The notes: generated by a model from the sequence alone, not told the origin. A stretch of 64,000 nt of DNA from Nannocystis bainbridge (GCF_028368995.1 NZ_JAQNDL010000002.1:1888001-1952000); one strand, 5' to 3'. Positions 1-12,438 are shown, numbered from the stretch's first letter. Program-made: numbers and translations.

Positions 1-1920
1 GATCCACATGGTCCGGTTGGCCTGCGCCGCGAGGGCCTGCCGGCCCGCCACGACCACGATCGCGGCCGCCAGCAGGTGCTCGGCGATCGCGGGCCAGCGC
101 CGCCTGCCCGGCACCGCCAGCGCGAGCCCGGTGCCGGCCATCCACGCCATCGCCGCGGCCGGCGCGAGCAGGGCCGCCGCCCCCGCCGACATGCGCGACA
201 GCACGAGCAGCGCCGCCGGGACGATCACCGCAAGCAGCGCCAGACGAGCCGCCAGGACCGGTCTGCGCGGCCCGAGCGCAGACCCCGCGAACCGCACCAC
301 CGGGCCGAGCAAGGCCGCCAGCAGGCCGACCAGCAGCGCCAACGCCGAGGCGGCGACGATCCCCTCGGCGACTTCGATGCCGAGCCCGCTACCGCGGTGG
401 AGCGCCTCCCCCAGCCCGGCGATCGCCCCCGCCAGCGGCAGCGCGTGCGCCGGATCTGTCGGCGGCGTCAGCTCGGGCGTCCACCAGGTCGCGGCCGCCA
501 GGCTGCCGGCGAGCCCGAGGGTGCCGGCGGCGATCGGCAGGACGCGCGCGACCAGGCCGCGCCAGCCGCCCGACGCCCGCGCCGGGCCGACCGCGATCGC
601 GGCGTGACCTGACCCGAGGGCCAGGAGCGCGACCCACGGTCCGAGCGCCAGCGGCGCCTCCCAGCCGGCCGGGCGCGACCAGGCTTCGACCTGTACCGAG
701 AGACCTGGCGCGAGGAACATGAACGAAAGGACAGCCGCGATCGCGGCGGTCGCCCCGCCCCAGCGCGACAGTCCGGCCGCGGCCTGGCCGCGCGGCCCGC
801 AGGCGGCCACGAACACCAGCCCGAGGGCGATCCAGGCCCACGCCCGCAGCTCGCCGTAGACCCGCTCGCGCGGCCACCCGAGCGCGCGCGCCAGCGACAG
901 CCGCGGCTGGCCGAGCGCCTCGGTGTAGCCGGTCCAGCGCCCGGTCAGCCCGAGCCCGGCGCTGGCCTCGGAGCTGTACTTGTCGGGGCACATGCGCTCC
1001 ATCACCGGGTCGGGCTGGCGCGGGCGCGGGTTGTTTGGCGCGCCGGGGCACACGAACTCGACCCGCGATCCGCGGCCGACCCCGCCCGAGGTCACGTGCA
1101 GGCGCGGCTCGGTCGGCGCCTCCGCCGGCCGGTCGAGCCGCTCGCGCGCCTCCGGCAGCTCCTCGGCCGTCACCGTCGCCGCGGCGAACGCCTGGTACGC
1201 GCGCGCCGGCCCGTGCTCGGCGTACTGCAGCTCGGCGATCTTCTGCAGGTCGCGGGTCAGCGCCTCGGCCAGCGCCGCCGGGCCGTAGCCCTTGCTGCCG
1301 TCGGGCTCGACGTAATCGTTGATCGGCAGGTCGAACGGGCCGTAGCCGTCGATCACGATCGCCGTGGTCTGAAACGGGTGGATGCCGAGGATCGGCCCGC
1401 CCCACGTCTCGCCGCGCGCGTGGGCCCCGGCGGCCTCGAAGCGGGCGCCCGCGGCCCCGGCGGCGAATGTCCCCAAGACCATGGCGCAAAGGACAGGTCC
1501 TTGCAGCCATGTCCTTCGGGCCAGGAAGCCGAGCGGCAGGACCAGCGCGGCCAGCAGCGCCGGCGCGGCCGCCCACAGCGCCGCCGGATAGGCCACCACG
1601 ACCCCGGCGATCGCCCGCGCGGCGACGGTGGCGATCGGGATCGCGGGGGCCAGGATCAGGGCCGCCAGCGCGATCCGGCGCGCCCGCGGCAGCCCGGCGA
1701 TCACGGCCGGATCGGGGGCCCCCGGGCCGCGCCGCGCGACCAGCAGGACCGCGCCGAAGCCGATCACGACCGCCGGCACAGCGCCCCACGCGAGCGGCAC
1801 CGCCAGGCCCGCGGTCAGGCCGACGCCTGCGGCGACCGCGACGCCGCCGAGGTCGGCCACGGCCGGCGCGGGCCCGGGCGAGGGCGGCACGATCTCGGAG
1901 GCGGCAGGGCCCGCGGACAC
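1..1920 (-). CDS. Hypothetical multi-pass membrane protein with a central soluble domain; 3' end runs off the window
   Basis: Not in the ORF track (no stop in window). Hand translation from GTG at 1920 gives VSAGPAASEIVPP...LAVPLAWGAVPAVVIGFGAVLLV...GIHPFQTTAIVIDGYGPFDLPINDY...ERMCPDKYS...RTMWI: open frame, GC3-rich codons, many hydrophobic segments. The + strand ORF 8..607 looks like its antisense shadow. Confidence 0.75.
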   Translation of the reverse strand, partial: MSAGPAASEIVPPSPGPAPAVADLGGVAVAAGVGLTAGLAVPLAWGAVPAVVIGFGAVLLVARRGPGAPDPAVIAGLPRARRIALAALILAPAIPIATVAARAIAGVVVAYPAALWAAAPALLAALVLPLGFLARRTWLQGPVLCAMVLGTFAAGAAGARFEAAGAHARGETWGGPILGIHPFQTTAIVIDGYGPFDLPINDYVEPDGSKGYGPAALAEALTRDLQKIAELQYAEHGPARAYQAFAAATVTAEELPEARERLDRPAEAPTEPRLHVTSGGVGRGSRVEFVCPGAPNNPRPRQPDPVMERMCPDKYSSEASAGLGLTGRWTGYTEALGQPRLSLARALGWPRERVYGELRAWAWIALGLVFVAACGPRGQAAAGLSRWGGATAAIAAVLSFMFLAPGLSVQVEAWSRPAGWEAPLALGPWVALLALGSGHAAIAVGPARASGGWRGLVARVLPIAAGTLGLAGSLAAATWWTPELTPPTDPAHALPLAGAIAGLGEALHRGSGLGIEVAEGIVAASALALLVGLLAALLGPVVRFAGSALGPRRPVLAARLALLAVIVPAALLVLSRMSAGAAALLAPAAAMAWMAGTGLALAVPGRRRWPAIAEHLLAAAIVVVAGRQALAAQANRTMWI

Positions 1921-1979
1921 GCGGCTCTTTTACCAGAGCGGCGCGGCGAGGCGGCGCAGATCGGCTAACCTCCCCGCCG

Positions 1980-4379
<2,400 letters not shown>

Positions 4380-4388
4380 CGGGTGCGA

Positions 4389-4477
4389 TGGCGCTTCGAG
4401 CATGTCCCGGGGGGCATGCTCGAAGAGACATGCGCGTCAGGACATGTCGAACCCGACATGTCCATCAGGACATGCGC
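4389..4477. repeat. Head-to-tail array of six 14-bp palindromic units (TGTCC-N4-GGACA family)
   Basis: tggcg cttc gagca|tgtcc cggg gggca|tgctc gaag agaca|tgcgc gtca ggaca|tgtcg aacc cgaca|tgtcc atca ggaca, between convergent genes. Confidence 0.9.
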
Positions 4478-4630
4478 GCGGGCGCGGCTTCAGCCGGCCG
4501 AGCGCGGCGCGGTGCCTGGCCCTCACCCCGTGCGAGCCACAGCCGCTCCCGGCCCTGCTCTCGCAAGCCGCGAGCCGCGGCCGCTTCCGGCCGGGCTCTC
4601 GCTAGCCACGGGCCCGACGGGCCCCTGCCC

Positions 4631-7600
4631 TCACTTGGCGCGGATGACCTGGTCCTCGGCGGCCTTGATCTTGCGCGTGTAGTCGACGATCTCGGGGTAG
4701 CGCGCGGCCTCGTAGGTGCCGGTCACCAGGGTCGAGCGCGTCGTCATCTTGATCTGCCCCGGGCCGACCTGCTTGACCGTGCGGCGGTAGGTGCCGAACG
4801 GGCCCTCGATCGTCTCCTCGGTCGGCGGCGCGGTGAAGCCGGCGCCGTCGAGCTTGATCGTCAGGCTGGCCTCGAGCAGCGGCGCGTACGGCATCGCCCA
4901 GCCGGTCTTGCGCTGCGGCAGCGAGGCGTAGTTGAGGCCCATGTTCATCGGCACCGAGTTGGCGCGCATCAGCAGCTCGCCGCCCTGCTGGACGATCGCG
5001 CCGCGGACCTTGGCGGTGAAGCGCAGCCGCAGCGGCTTCGGCAGGTCGAGCTTGTGCTCGATGTCGAGGTCGACCAGCTCGGCGCCGGAGCCGACCAGGA
5101 TCGCGCCGAGCTCGGCGCGCTCGAAGCCCTCGTTGATGCGGTCGGCGTCGAGCGTGCGCAGGCCCTCGCGCCAGGCGGCCGCCTCCATGCCCTGGAGCTC
5201 GATCGTGCCGCGCAGCGTGCCAGTGCCGTCGCGCGCCAGCTCGAGCTCGAGCTCGTAGCTGCGGCGGTCGGCCAGGCTCGGCGGCGAGGCCGGCAGCTTG
5301 ACCGGGCCCGGCGCGGGCTCGTCCTCGTCGAGCTGCACGCGCATGCCCTGCGCCTGCGACAGCCCCGGCATCAGGTAGCCGATCGGCAGCACCTTCGAGG
5401 TGGTGAGCACCATCGTCGGCGCCTTGCCGCCGGTGTGGACCGCCAGGATCGGCACCTCGTAGGTCTCGAGCATCGGGCTGCCGCCAGGCAGCGGCTTGAG
5501 CGAGAAGTTGTCGCGCGCCAGCCAGAGCTCACTGCGCACGCCCACCTCGCGCAGCAAGGCCTTGAGCAGCGTCTGCCGGTTGCCGCGGCGGGCCGACAGC
5601 GTCGCGGTGGCCGGCGTCGTGATGTCGCCGGACTCCTCGACCTCCTCGACCACCCACGCCCGCAGCGCCAGCAGCTTGGCCTGCGGGGTGCTGGCGTTGC
5701 GCGTCAGGTTGACGGCCAGCGTCCGCAGCTCGGGGTTGGCGCGCTGGCCGGTGTAGATGCGCAGGCCGAGGCTGGCCAGCCACTTGTTGGGATCGACCGC
5801 GGTGTAGACCCGCACCGACGGGACCTCGTCGAGGATGTGGCGCATCTGCGGCTCGACGCCGATCCGCTGCGAGCGCTCGACCTTCCAGGTCTTCAAGACC
5901 AGGTCGGTGCCGGCCAGCGAGCCCTCGACGGTGGCCGGGGCGCCGACGCGGCGGTCGACCTTGATCGCCACCGACTTGGGGTGCGCGACCAGCAGCTCCG
6001 ACACGTGGAACGGGGTCTCGGCCGACTGGAAGCGGAACGTGGTGAGGTCGATGTAGCCGGGCAACAGGCCCAGCGGCTCGCGGTCGAGCAGCAGCTCGTA
6101 CTCGACGCAGTCGCCGATCTGCAGCCCGCGCAGGCTGAGGCCGCTCTTCTCCGGGATCGACTCCGGCTCGAACACGGCGCCGTCGGCCTTGATGGTGTGC
6201 AGCGTCAGCACGCGAGCGCCGTCGGGCGGCGTGATCTCGCCGTAGCGATCGATCGCCTCTTTGCTGCGCAGCTCGATGATGGTGTGGACGAGCTGGCGCT
6301 GGCTGCCGTCGTCGTAGACCCGGATCGCGCTGCGATCGAGCACCAGCACCTCGCTCGCGCCCTCGTAGTCGCCGGGGCGCGGGGCCGCCGGGGCGCCGGC
6401 CGGGGCCGCGACCGCGAAGTTACTGGCGCGGTAGGCCGCGACCAGCGGGGCTCCGTCGACGCGCAGCTTCTGCAGGTCGTCGGGGATCCCGAGGCCGGCG
6501 GCGATCGTGTGCAGGGCCGAGCTCTGCGGGGCCTTGGTGAGGGCCGCCTGCACGCTCGCGCGCGCGGCCGCCGGGTCGCCGGCGCGGGCCTGCAGGTCGG
6601 CGGTGGCGACCAGCGTGCGCGCGCCGAACGGCCGCAGCGCGAGGATCTTCTTGCGCCACGCGATCGCGGCCGGGTAGTCGCCCTCCGAGATCTCGAGCTC
6701 GGCCAGCTGCTCGATGACATCGAGATCGTCGGGGGTGCGCTCGAGCAGCTTGAGCAGCAGCGCCCGCGCGTCGGCGTTGCGGCCGCGGCGGAACGCCAGG
6801 GCCGCGCGCGAGCCGGTGGTGCCAGCGCAGCGCTCGAGCTCGATCGCCAGCGCGTCCTCGCGGGCGACCTCGCTGCGCCGCTGCGCCAGGGTGCGCTGGG
6901 CCTTGAGCACGGCGCACGCGCGCGGGTGGATCGCGGCGGCCCGCGCCAGCGCGGCCTCGGCCAGCGGCTCGTTGCCGCGGGCGAGGTAGGTGGCGAAGCG
7001 GACCAGCTCGCCCGGCACGTGGCGCAGCGCCTTGGCGGGCAGCGCGGCAAGGGCCGCCTCGACCTCGCTGACCTCGTTCTTCTCGAGGTCGAGCTCGAGC
7101 AGGCGCACGCGCGCGCGATCGAGGTCGGGCGCGAGCCGGACCGCCTCCTCGATCGCCTCGCGCTGGCGCGACGTCGAGGCGGTGCGCTCGCGCGACGGAT
7201 CGGCGATCTCGAACGCCGCGACCAGCACCTGGCCCTCGGGGAAATCGGGCCCGTAGGCCTGCAGGTTGCCGGTGAAGCGCTCGGCGGCGTCGGAGTCGCC
7301 CTCCGCCAGCGCGTCGGCGGCCGCCAGGTAGGCGCGCAGCGGCAGGTAGCTCGGCCCGGCCAGCGGCCCGCGATCGGCGAGCAGGTCGTGGTGACCGATG
7401 CGCAGCGGCTCGCCCGCGAACGGGGTCGTCGCCGCCGGGCCGTCGGCCTTGGCCTGGATCGGCTTGCCGGCGGCGTCGGTGGCCCGCACCAGCACCCAGG
7501 TCTTCTCGCGCGCGGCCGCGGTGTGGATCTCGAGGCGATGCGGCCCGGGCGCGACCTTCAGCTGCAGCAGGTTCTCCGCCGCCGGCCAGCGGTCGCTGCG

Positions 7601-8521
7601 ATCGCTGCGGAAGATCGGCTTGCCGTCGAGGTAGACCCGCATCGGCTCCTGGCTCGACAGACTGAGGACGAGGCTGTCCCCGGGGACAGCCAGGCTCGTG
7701 CGCATGCGCCTGACCCCGCCGCGGGGCGTCATGTTCCACGTGCGCACGGCGCAGGCCAGCGGGGTCAGCACGGCCGTCGTATCGGCCTTGAACGTGTCTG
7801 TCCCGGAGGACATGTCCTTTGCGGCAGCCCGCAGCTCGAGCGCCTCGAGGCTGCCCTCGACCGGGCCGACCGTGAACGCGCGCACGCAGCCCTGCTCGTC
7901 GTAGTACTGCAGGTACGGCTGGTCGAGGCGGCGGGCGATCTGGGCCCGCAAGCTGACGAGCGGCTGGACCACCTCGACCGGCAGGCGGTCGCGCGCCAGC
8001 TTGTCGTAGAAGCGGACGAAGTCCTCGTCGTCGTCGGGCAGCTCGCCGTGGTTCTCGCCGATCAGGCGCGCGGCCAGCTCGGCCAGGCCGGTCTGGACGC
8101 GGCGCGCCTCGGGCTCGGCGCCGGGCTTGGTGGCGCCGACGATCAGCGCCTGGGCCATGCTGCGGGTCGTCTTGAGGTCGAGGCGGGCGTCGGCGAAGAT
8201 CATGCGCGAGGCCTGCGCGACCATGTCGCCCTTGCCGGCCAGGCGGTCGAGGATCGGCCGCGCCTTGGCGGGCTGCTTGAGGAACAGCCAGTGCAGGTGG
8301 GCCGCCTCGCGCCAGGCCGCGTCGTCGTCGGGGTGCGACTTGAGGCGGGCCTCGAGCGCCTTGAGGCGGGCGCGCGCGCTGTCCTCGGTGTGCGGCTCCT
8401 GCGTCGCCTCGCGCGGCTTGCAGGCCGGGGCGGCGGCGAGCAGCGCCAGGGCCGAGAAAACAGCTGTACGAAGGGACATGCGCGAACGAACAGGGTGCAA
8501 GGGCAAGGTGCTCCGGGACAT
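4631..8521 (-). CDS. Large lipoprotein: PA14-like domain, TPRs, DUF3857-like and degenerate transglutaminase-like domains
   Basis: Lipobox-like LALLAAAPAC; TPR helices; EVLVLDRSAIRVYDDGSQRQLVH...LQIGDCVEY (DUF3857-like); transglutaminase position reads RRGNRQ with no Cys. Start is ATG 8521 (1 nt after the upstream stop) or ATG 8479. Confidence 0.8.
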   Translation of the reverse strand: MSRSTLPLHPVRSRMSLRTAVFSALALLAAAPACKPREATQEPHTEDSARARLKALEARLKSHPDDDAAWREAAHLHWLFLKQPAKARPILDRLAGKGDMVAQASRMIFADARLDLKTTRSMAQALIVGATKPGAEPEARRVQTGLAELAARLIGENHGELPDDDEDFVRFYDKLARDRLPVEVVQPLVSLRAQIARRLDQPYLQYYDEQGCVRAFTVGPVEGSLEALELRAAAKDMSSGTDTFKADTTAVLTPLACAVRTWNMTPRGGVRRMRTSLAVPGDSLVLSLSSQEPMRVYLDGKPIFRSDRSDRWPAAENLLQLKVAPGPHRLEIHTAAAREKTWVLVRATDAAGKPIQAKADGPAATTPFAGEPLRIGHHDLLADRGPLAGPSYLPLRAYLAAADALAEGDSDAAERFTGNLQAYGPDFPEGQVLVAAFEIADPSRERTASTSRQREAIEEAVRLAPDLDRARVRLLELDLEKNEVSEVEAALAALPAKALRHVPGELVRFATYLARGNEPLAEAALARAAAIHPRACAVLKAQRTLAQRRSEVAREDALAIELERCAGTTGSRAALAFRRGRNADARALLLKLLERTPDDLDVIEQLAELEISEGDYPAAIAWRKKILALRPFGARTLVATADLQARAGDPAAARASVQAALTKAPQSSALHTIAAGLGIPDDLQKLRVDGAPLVAAYRASNFAVAAPAGAPAAPRPGDYEGASEVLVLDRSAIRVYDDGSQRQLVHTIIELRSKEAIDRYGEITPPDGARVLTLHTIKADGAVFEPESIPEKSGLSLRGLQIGDCVEYELLLDREPLGLLPGYIDLTTFRFQSAETPFHVSELLVAHPKSVAIKVDRRVGAPATVEGSLAGTDLVLKTWKVERSQRIGVEPQMRHILDEVPSVRVYTAVDPNKWLASLGLRIYTGQRANPELRTLAVNLTRNASTPQAKLLALRAWVVEEVEESGDITTPATATLSARRGNRQTLLKALLREVGVRSELWLARDNFSLKPLPGGSPMLETYEVPILAVHTGGKAPTMVLTTSKVLPIGYLMPGLSQAQGMRVQLDEDEPAPGPVKLPASPPSLADRRSYELELELARDGTGTLRGTIELQGMEAAAWREGLRTLDADRINEGFERAELGAILVGSGAELVDLDIEHKLDLPKPLRLRFTAKVRGAIVQQGGELLMRANSVPMNMGLNYASLPQRKTGWAMPYAPLLEASLTIKLDGAGFTAPPTEETIEGPFGTYRRTVKQVGPGQIKMTTRSTLVTGTYEAARYPEIVDYTRKIKAAEDQVIRAK

Positions 8522-8522
8522 G

Positions 8523-11500
8523 TCAGTTCGCCCCCCGCGGCTCGGGGCGGAGCTCGAACGCCTGCTCGAGGGCGCCGTCGACCTGGCCGAGGAACTCGCG
8601 CAGGGCGCGGTAGTCGGCGGCCTTGAAGCGGTGGGTGCGGTACTCGAGCTCGGTGCGGACCTCGACGCGGTCGCCGCGGCCGGCGACGTCGAGGGAGAAG
8701 CGGGCGAACGGGGTCTCGAACGACTTGCCCGCCGGCGATGAACCAAAGGTGTAGCCCTTCGGCGCGGTGACCTCGATGACGTTGACCTCGGTGGCCGGGG
8801 CCGCCATCACCAGGTCGTGCTCGCGCGTGGCTTGGCTGGCGAGGCCGCGCTGCAGCCCGGTGCGGTGGCCGAGCACGTTGAAGCGCAGCACGTCGCCCTG
8901 GCGCTGGGCCCACGCGGGCACGCTCCAGGCGCTCTGGATCTGGACCGGGTGCAGCACGTCGTCGATGCCCGGGACCGCGAGCTCGCGGATCTCGAGCCCG
9001 GGGAACTGACCACCCCACACCTGCGTCAGCCGCTCCCTGCGGTTCTCGGCCGCCTGCAGCGCGCTGCGCCACGAGGCCGCCGAGGCGCCGGTGACGGTGA
9101 ACTGGTGCTTCACGTCGGCGCTGCCGTCGGCCTTGAGCTCGACGGTCTGGTGGACGAGCTGCTTGTTGTCGCCGCTGGCGCTGACCGGGATGGTCTTGAA
9201 CTCGGCGCCCTTGCCGTCGCGCACGATGAGCACCGTCGCGCCCTGGTCGCCGGTCGGCAGCTCCTCGGGCCCCGAGAACTCGGCGGTGCCGTCGAGGTAG
9301 AGGTCGAGGCTCGGCACGTAGGTGATCGCGTGGTTGAAAGCCGACAGGCTGGCCGGCGTGGCCCCGAGCGTGCCCTGGTCGCGCGTGCGCACCAGCACCA
9401 GGTGCGAGGCGATGCCGGCCTCGGCGAGCATGACCTTGAGCAGGCTCGCCTTGTCCTTGCAGTCGCCGAAGCGGCGGTCGTACACGTCGGTGGTGCGGTA
9501 GGGCTTGAAGCCGTGGATGCCGAACTCGAGCCCGACGTAGCGGGTCGAGGTGATGACGTGCTTGTAGAGCGCGCGCACCTTGTCGCGCTCCCCTGCCCCT
9601 TTGGGCAGGCTCTTCAGGACCTCCTGGACGGCCGCCTTGATCTTGGCGTCGACGACCAGCTGCTCCTTGACGAGGTTCCAGTACCAGCGGCCGACCGCGT
9701 CCCAGTCGCTGTAGGTGCTGACGTGGAGGTACTTGACCAGCTCGGTCCAGCCCGGCATCCCGCTCTCGGGCTTGATCCCGCGGCGCTCGCCCATGCTCAC
9801 GCGGTAGCGCACGGTGCCCTCGCCGGGCCCGGGCTCCTGCGCGACCGGCTGGTTGAAGTAGAGCTTCCGCGACGACGGCGCCTCGAGCACGTACTCGCGC
9901 AGCAGCTGCGGCTCGAACCCCTCGAGCGGGACCATCTCGCCGAAGTAGTCGTCGAACTTGTTGTGGAGCGCGGTGTCGCGGCGCACGAACGCGACCTCGA
10001 GCACGTCGCCGACGCGCAGGCCGCCGAAGTTCACCCGCTGCTGCCGCTGGTCGTAGAACATGCGGTAGCCGGCGTCGGTCAGCGAGACCACCGTCGGATC
10101 GCCGATCTCCTCGATGCGCCCGTCAGCCCGCCGCACGCGCGCGCGGCGAACCTCGACGTAGGCCTCTTCGGGGTCGTAGACCATGCCCTGCACGGCCTGG
10201 CTGCGGATCCCGCGGTCGTCGAGGACGCGCACGACGCGGTGCTCGAGCCGCTCGGTCAGGCCGTTCGGCAGCACGCGCACCACCGTGCGGTGGAGCAGGA
10301 CCCCGGCGTCCTTGCCAGCCCACGACTTCGGGGTCGGCTTCTTGGCAAGGACCTCGAAGTCGACCGGGTAGCGCGACAGCAGGTCGTCTTTTTGGGTCGC
10401 GTCGAGGGTCGCCAGGTAGTCGCGCAGCTCGGGCTGCTGTGGCCGCAGGGCCAGTGAGCGCCGCACGCTGCGGATCGCCGCCGGACCGTCGCCGTCGCGC
10501 GCGGCCAGGCGGGCCAGCGCGGTGTGGATGTCGGCGTCCTGCGGCGCGAGGTCGACGGCCGCCTGCAGGGCCGCGCGCGCCTTGGCCAGATCGCCGCGCG
10601 CCTCCTCGAGCCGGGCGACCTCGCGGAACGCCTCCGGCAAGCCGGGCACGGCGGCCGCGCGTCGGCGGCCGACCTCGGCGGCCGCGTCCGGCTTGCCGAG
10701 CCGCAGCTTGCCGTCGGCGATCTGCCGCGCCAGCCCGCCGTCGGTCGGCCGCTCCCCGGCGAGCTGCTCGAGCAGCGCCAGCGCCGGCTCGGTCCGCCCG
10801 AGGTCGAGCAGGCGGTCGGCCTTGTCGCGCAGCAGCAGCGCCGACCCGGGGTAGCGCTTGAGCATGGCCTCGACCCATTCGAGCGCCGCCAGCGGGAAGC
10901 CGTCGGTCGCCAGCCGCGTCGCCAGGGTCAGCTCGATCAGGACATCGTCGGGCGTGGTCGTGAAGGCCTCGTCGAGCAGGGTCCGGCCGCGCTCCTCGAG
11001 CCCGAGGCTCTGGTAGCGCAGGCTCAGGTCGGCCAGCATCGACGCCAGCAGCGGCGCGCTCGCCTTGCCCTCCTTGCGCGCGCGCTCGATGCCGGCCAGC
11101 AGCGCGGTCCGGCTCGAATTCTGGTCAGGGTCGAGGATCGACAGCAACTGGGCGCTGCGGGCGCTCTTCAGCGCGTCGTCGGCCTCGCGTGCGCGGTCGA
11201 CCGCGGTGCGATCCTCGGGGGCGAACGGCGCGGTCCAGCGGTAGAACTCGACCAGCGCGAGCCGGTCGGCAGGCCGCGGCTTCGAGCCCTGAGCGCGCGC
11301 CTCGAGCAGCCCGCGCAGGCTCCGGACCGGCTTCAGCTTGGCGAGCTGTTTTGCGGCGGATTTCGCGGCCTTGGGTGCCGGCGGTTCACCCGATGGTTGA
11401 ACCGGATCCGGGGCGCTGCCGCGGACCTCGAGGCCGGCCAGCGGGGCGCCCGACGGCGCGCTGATCCGGGCGTAGAAACCCCAGAGGCCCTCGTCGGCGC

Positions 11501-12335
11501 CGAGCTTGATCAGCAGGCGGTTCCACCCGGCCTGCAGGCGCAGCGGGTGGGCGTCCTGGAGCGCGTTCGGCGAGTGGTAGCTGTCGGCCTGACCGACCGG
11601 GACGCCGTCGAGCCAGATCTTGTAGGCCCCGGCGGCGCCCAGGTGTAGGGCGGCGTCGGCGGCCCGCTCGCTGCGGATCCACAGGGTCGCGTAGCCGGTG
11701 ACGTCCGAGTCCGGCTGGAGGAGATCGCCCAGGTTGACGAAGCCGTTGCGCGGCGCCTTGGCGTGCACGAACGCGCGCCACGGCAACGGCTCGCCCGGCA
11801 GCTTGCCGACGAAGGTCTGGCCGGCCGAAAACGGCGCCGTCTCCGGCTCGAACACCTGGTCGTGGCCGCCGCGGCCGCTGTTGTCGAACGGACCGACGAT
11901 CTGCCAGTCGAGCAGGTAGCCCTCGGCGCGGAAGGCCGCCTCGGCGTCCTGGCCCTGCCCCTGCCCCTCGTGCTCGAGCAGCTGCCCGCGCACGTAGCCG
12001 GCGTAGCTGGCGACCAGCGGCTCCCGGTGCTTGCGCGCGCCGTCGACGAAGGCCAGCAGCTCGTCGCGCGGGACCTCGCCGTGGAGATCGTAGACCAGAC
12101 CGAGCAGCGCGAGCACGGCCGCGGGCCCGGTCTCGTTGCGGAGCAGCGCCTTGCGGCGCTCGAACTCGCGGACCCATCGCCCCGGGTGGGCAGCGTCGCG
12201 GACGCCGGGCTTGAACAGCGAGGCCTGCGGCGCGGCGGCGGGCGGGGTCGGAGCGGTGGCAGGAGCGGCCGGTCCCGGGGCCAGGGCGAGCGCGAGCGCG
12301 AGCCAGGCGTGGCGGGCGGCTGTGACGGCGAGCAT
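8523..12335 (-). CDS. Secreted TPR + DUF3857 + transglutaminase-like (+DUF3858-like) protein
   Basis: Signal peptide; WQIVGPFDN...LQAGWNRLLIK (PA14-like); TPRs; LRVGDVLE; YVGLEFGIHGFKP...RFGDCKDKA, FNHAI, LYLDGT (Cys-His-Asp triad). Confidence 0.88.
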   Translation of the reverse strand: MLAVTAARHAWLALALALAPGPAAPATAPTPPAAAPQASLFKPGVRDAAHPGRWVREFERRKALLRNETGPAAVLALLGLVYDLHGEVPRDELLAFVDGARKHREPLVASYAGYVRGQLLEHEGQGQGQDAEAAFRAEGYLLDWQIVGPFDNSGRGGHDQVFEPETAPFSAGQTFVGKLPGEPLPWRAFVHAKAPRNGFVNLGDLLQPDSDVTGYATLWIRSERAADAALHLGAAGAYKIWLDGVPVGQADSYHSPNALQDAHPLRLQAGWNRLLIKLGADEGLWGFYARISAPSGAPLAGLEVRGSAPDPVQPSGEPPAPKAAKSAAKQLAKLKPVRSLRGLLEARAQGSKPRPADRLALVEFYRWTAPFAPEDRTAVDRAREADDALKSARSAQLLSILDPDQNSSRTALLAGIERARKEGKASAPLLASMLADLSLRYQSLGLEERGRTLLDEAFTTTPDDVLIELTLATRLATDGFPLAALEWVEAMLKRYPGSALLLRDKADRLLDLGRTEPALALLEQLAGERPTDGGLARQIADGKLRLGKPDAAAEVGRRRAAAVPGLPEAFREVARLEEARGDLAKARAALQAAVDLAPQDADIHTALARLAARDGDGPAAIRSVRRSLALRPQQPELRDYLATLDATQKDDLLSRYPVDFEVLAKKPTPKSWAGKDAGVLLHRTVVRVLPNGLTERLEHRVVRVLDDRGIRSQAVQGMVYDPEEAYVEVRRARVRRADGRIEEIGDPTVVSLTDAGYRMFYDQRQQRVNFGGLRVGDVLEVAFVRRDTALHNKFDDYFGEMVPLEGFEPQLLREYVLEAPSSRKLYFNQPVAQEPGPGEGTVRYRVSMGERRGIKPESGMPGWTELVKYLHVSTYSDWDAVGRWYWNLVKEQLVVDAKIKAAVQEVLKSLPKGAGERDKVRALYKHVITSTRYVGLEFGIHGFKPYRTTDVYDRRFGDCKDKASLLKVMLAEAGIASHLVLVRTRDQGTLGATPASLSAFNHAITYVPSLDLYLDGTAEFSGPEELPTGDQGATVLIVRDGKGAEFKTIPVSASGDNKQLVHQTVELKADGSADVKHQFTVTGASAASWRSALQAAENRRERLTQVWGGQFPGLEIRELAVPGIDDVLHPVQIQSAWSVPAWAQRQGDVLRFNVLGHRTGLQRGLASQATREHDLVMAAPATEVNVIEVTAPKGYTFGSSPAGKSFETPFARFSLDVAGRGDRVEVRTELEYRTHRFKAADYRALREFLGQVDGALEQAFELRPEPRGAN

Positions 12336-12438
12336 GGGCGGGCCATGATGCGGGAGTTTTTCCCCGGTTGCCACAGTCCGCGCACCAGTGCGCGAGCAGG
12401 CCGTGGCGCGCGGCCGGCGAGGCGCGCGCGCCCGACCG

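Noticed and set aside
1467-1979. N-terminal extensions in the ORF track for lon (also trpB, ORF 30939, 4631..8746)
   Set aside because: They overlap neighbouring genes and lack family similarity; downstream starts fit the known N-termini or signal peptides.
4388-8626. Very long alternative ORFs (4388..8626 +, 12388..15477 +, 17388..21731 -, 23203..27792 +, 61303..63741 - and similar)
   Set aside because: Antisense or frame shadows of real genes, expected at high GC; Arg/Ala/Gly-rich with no recognisable motifs.
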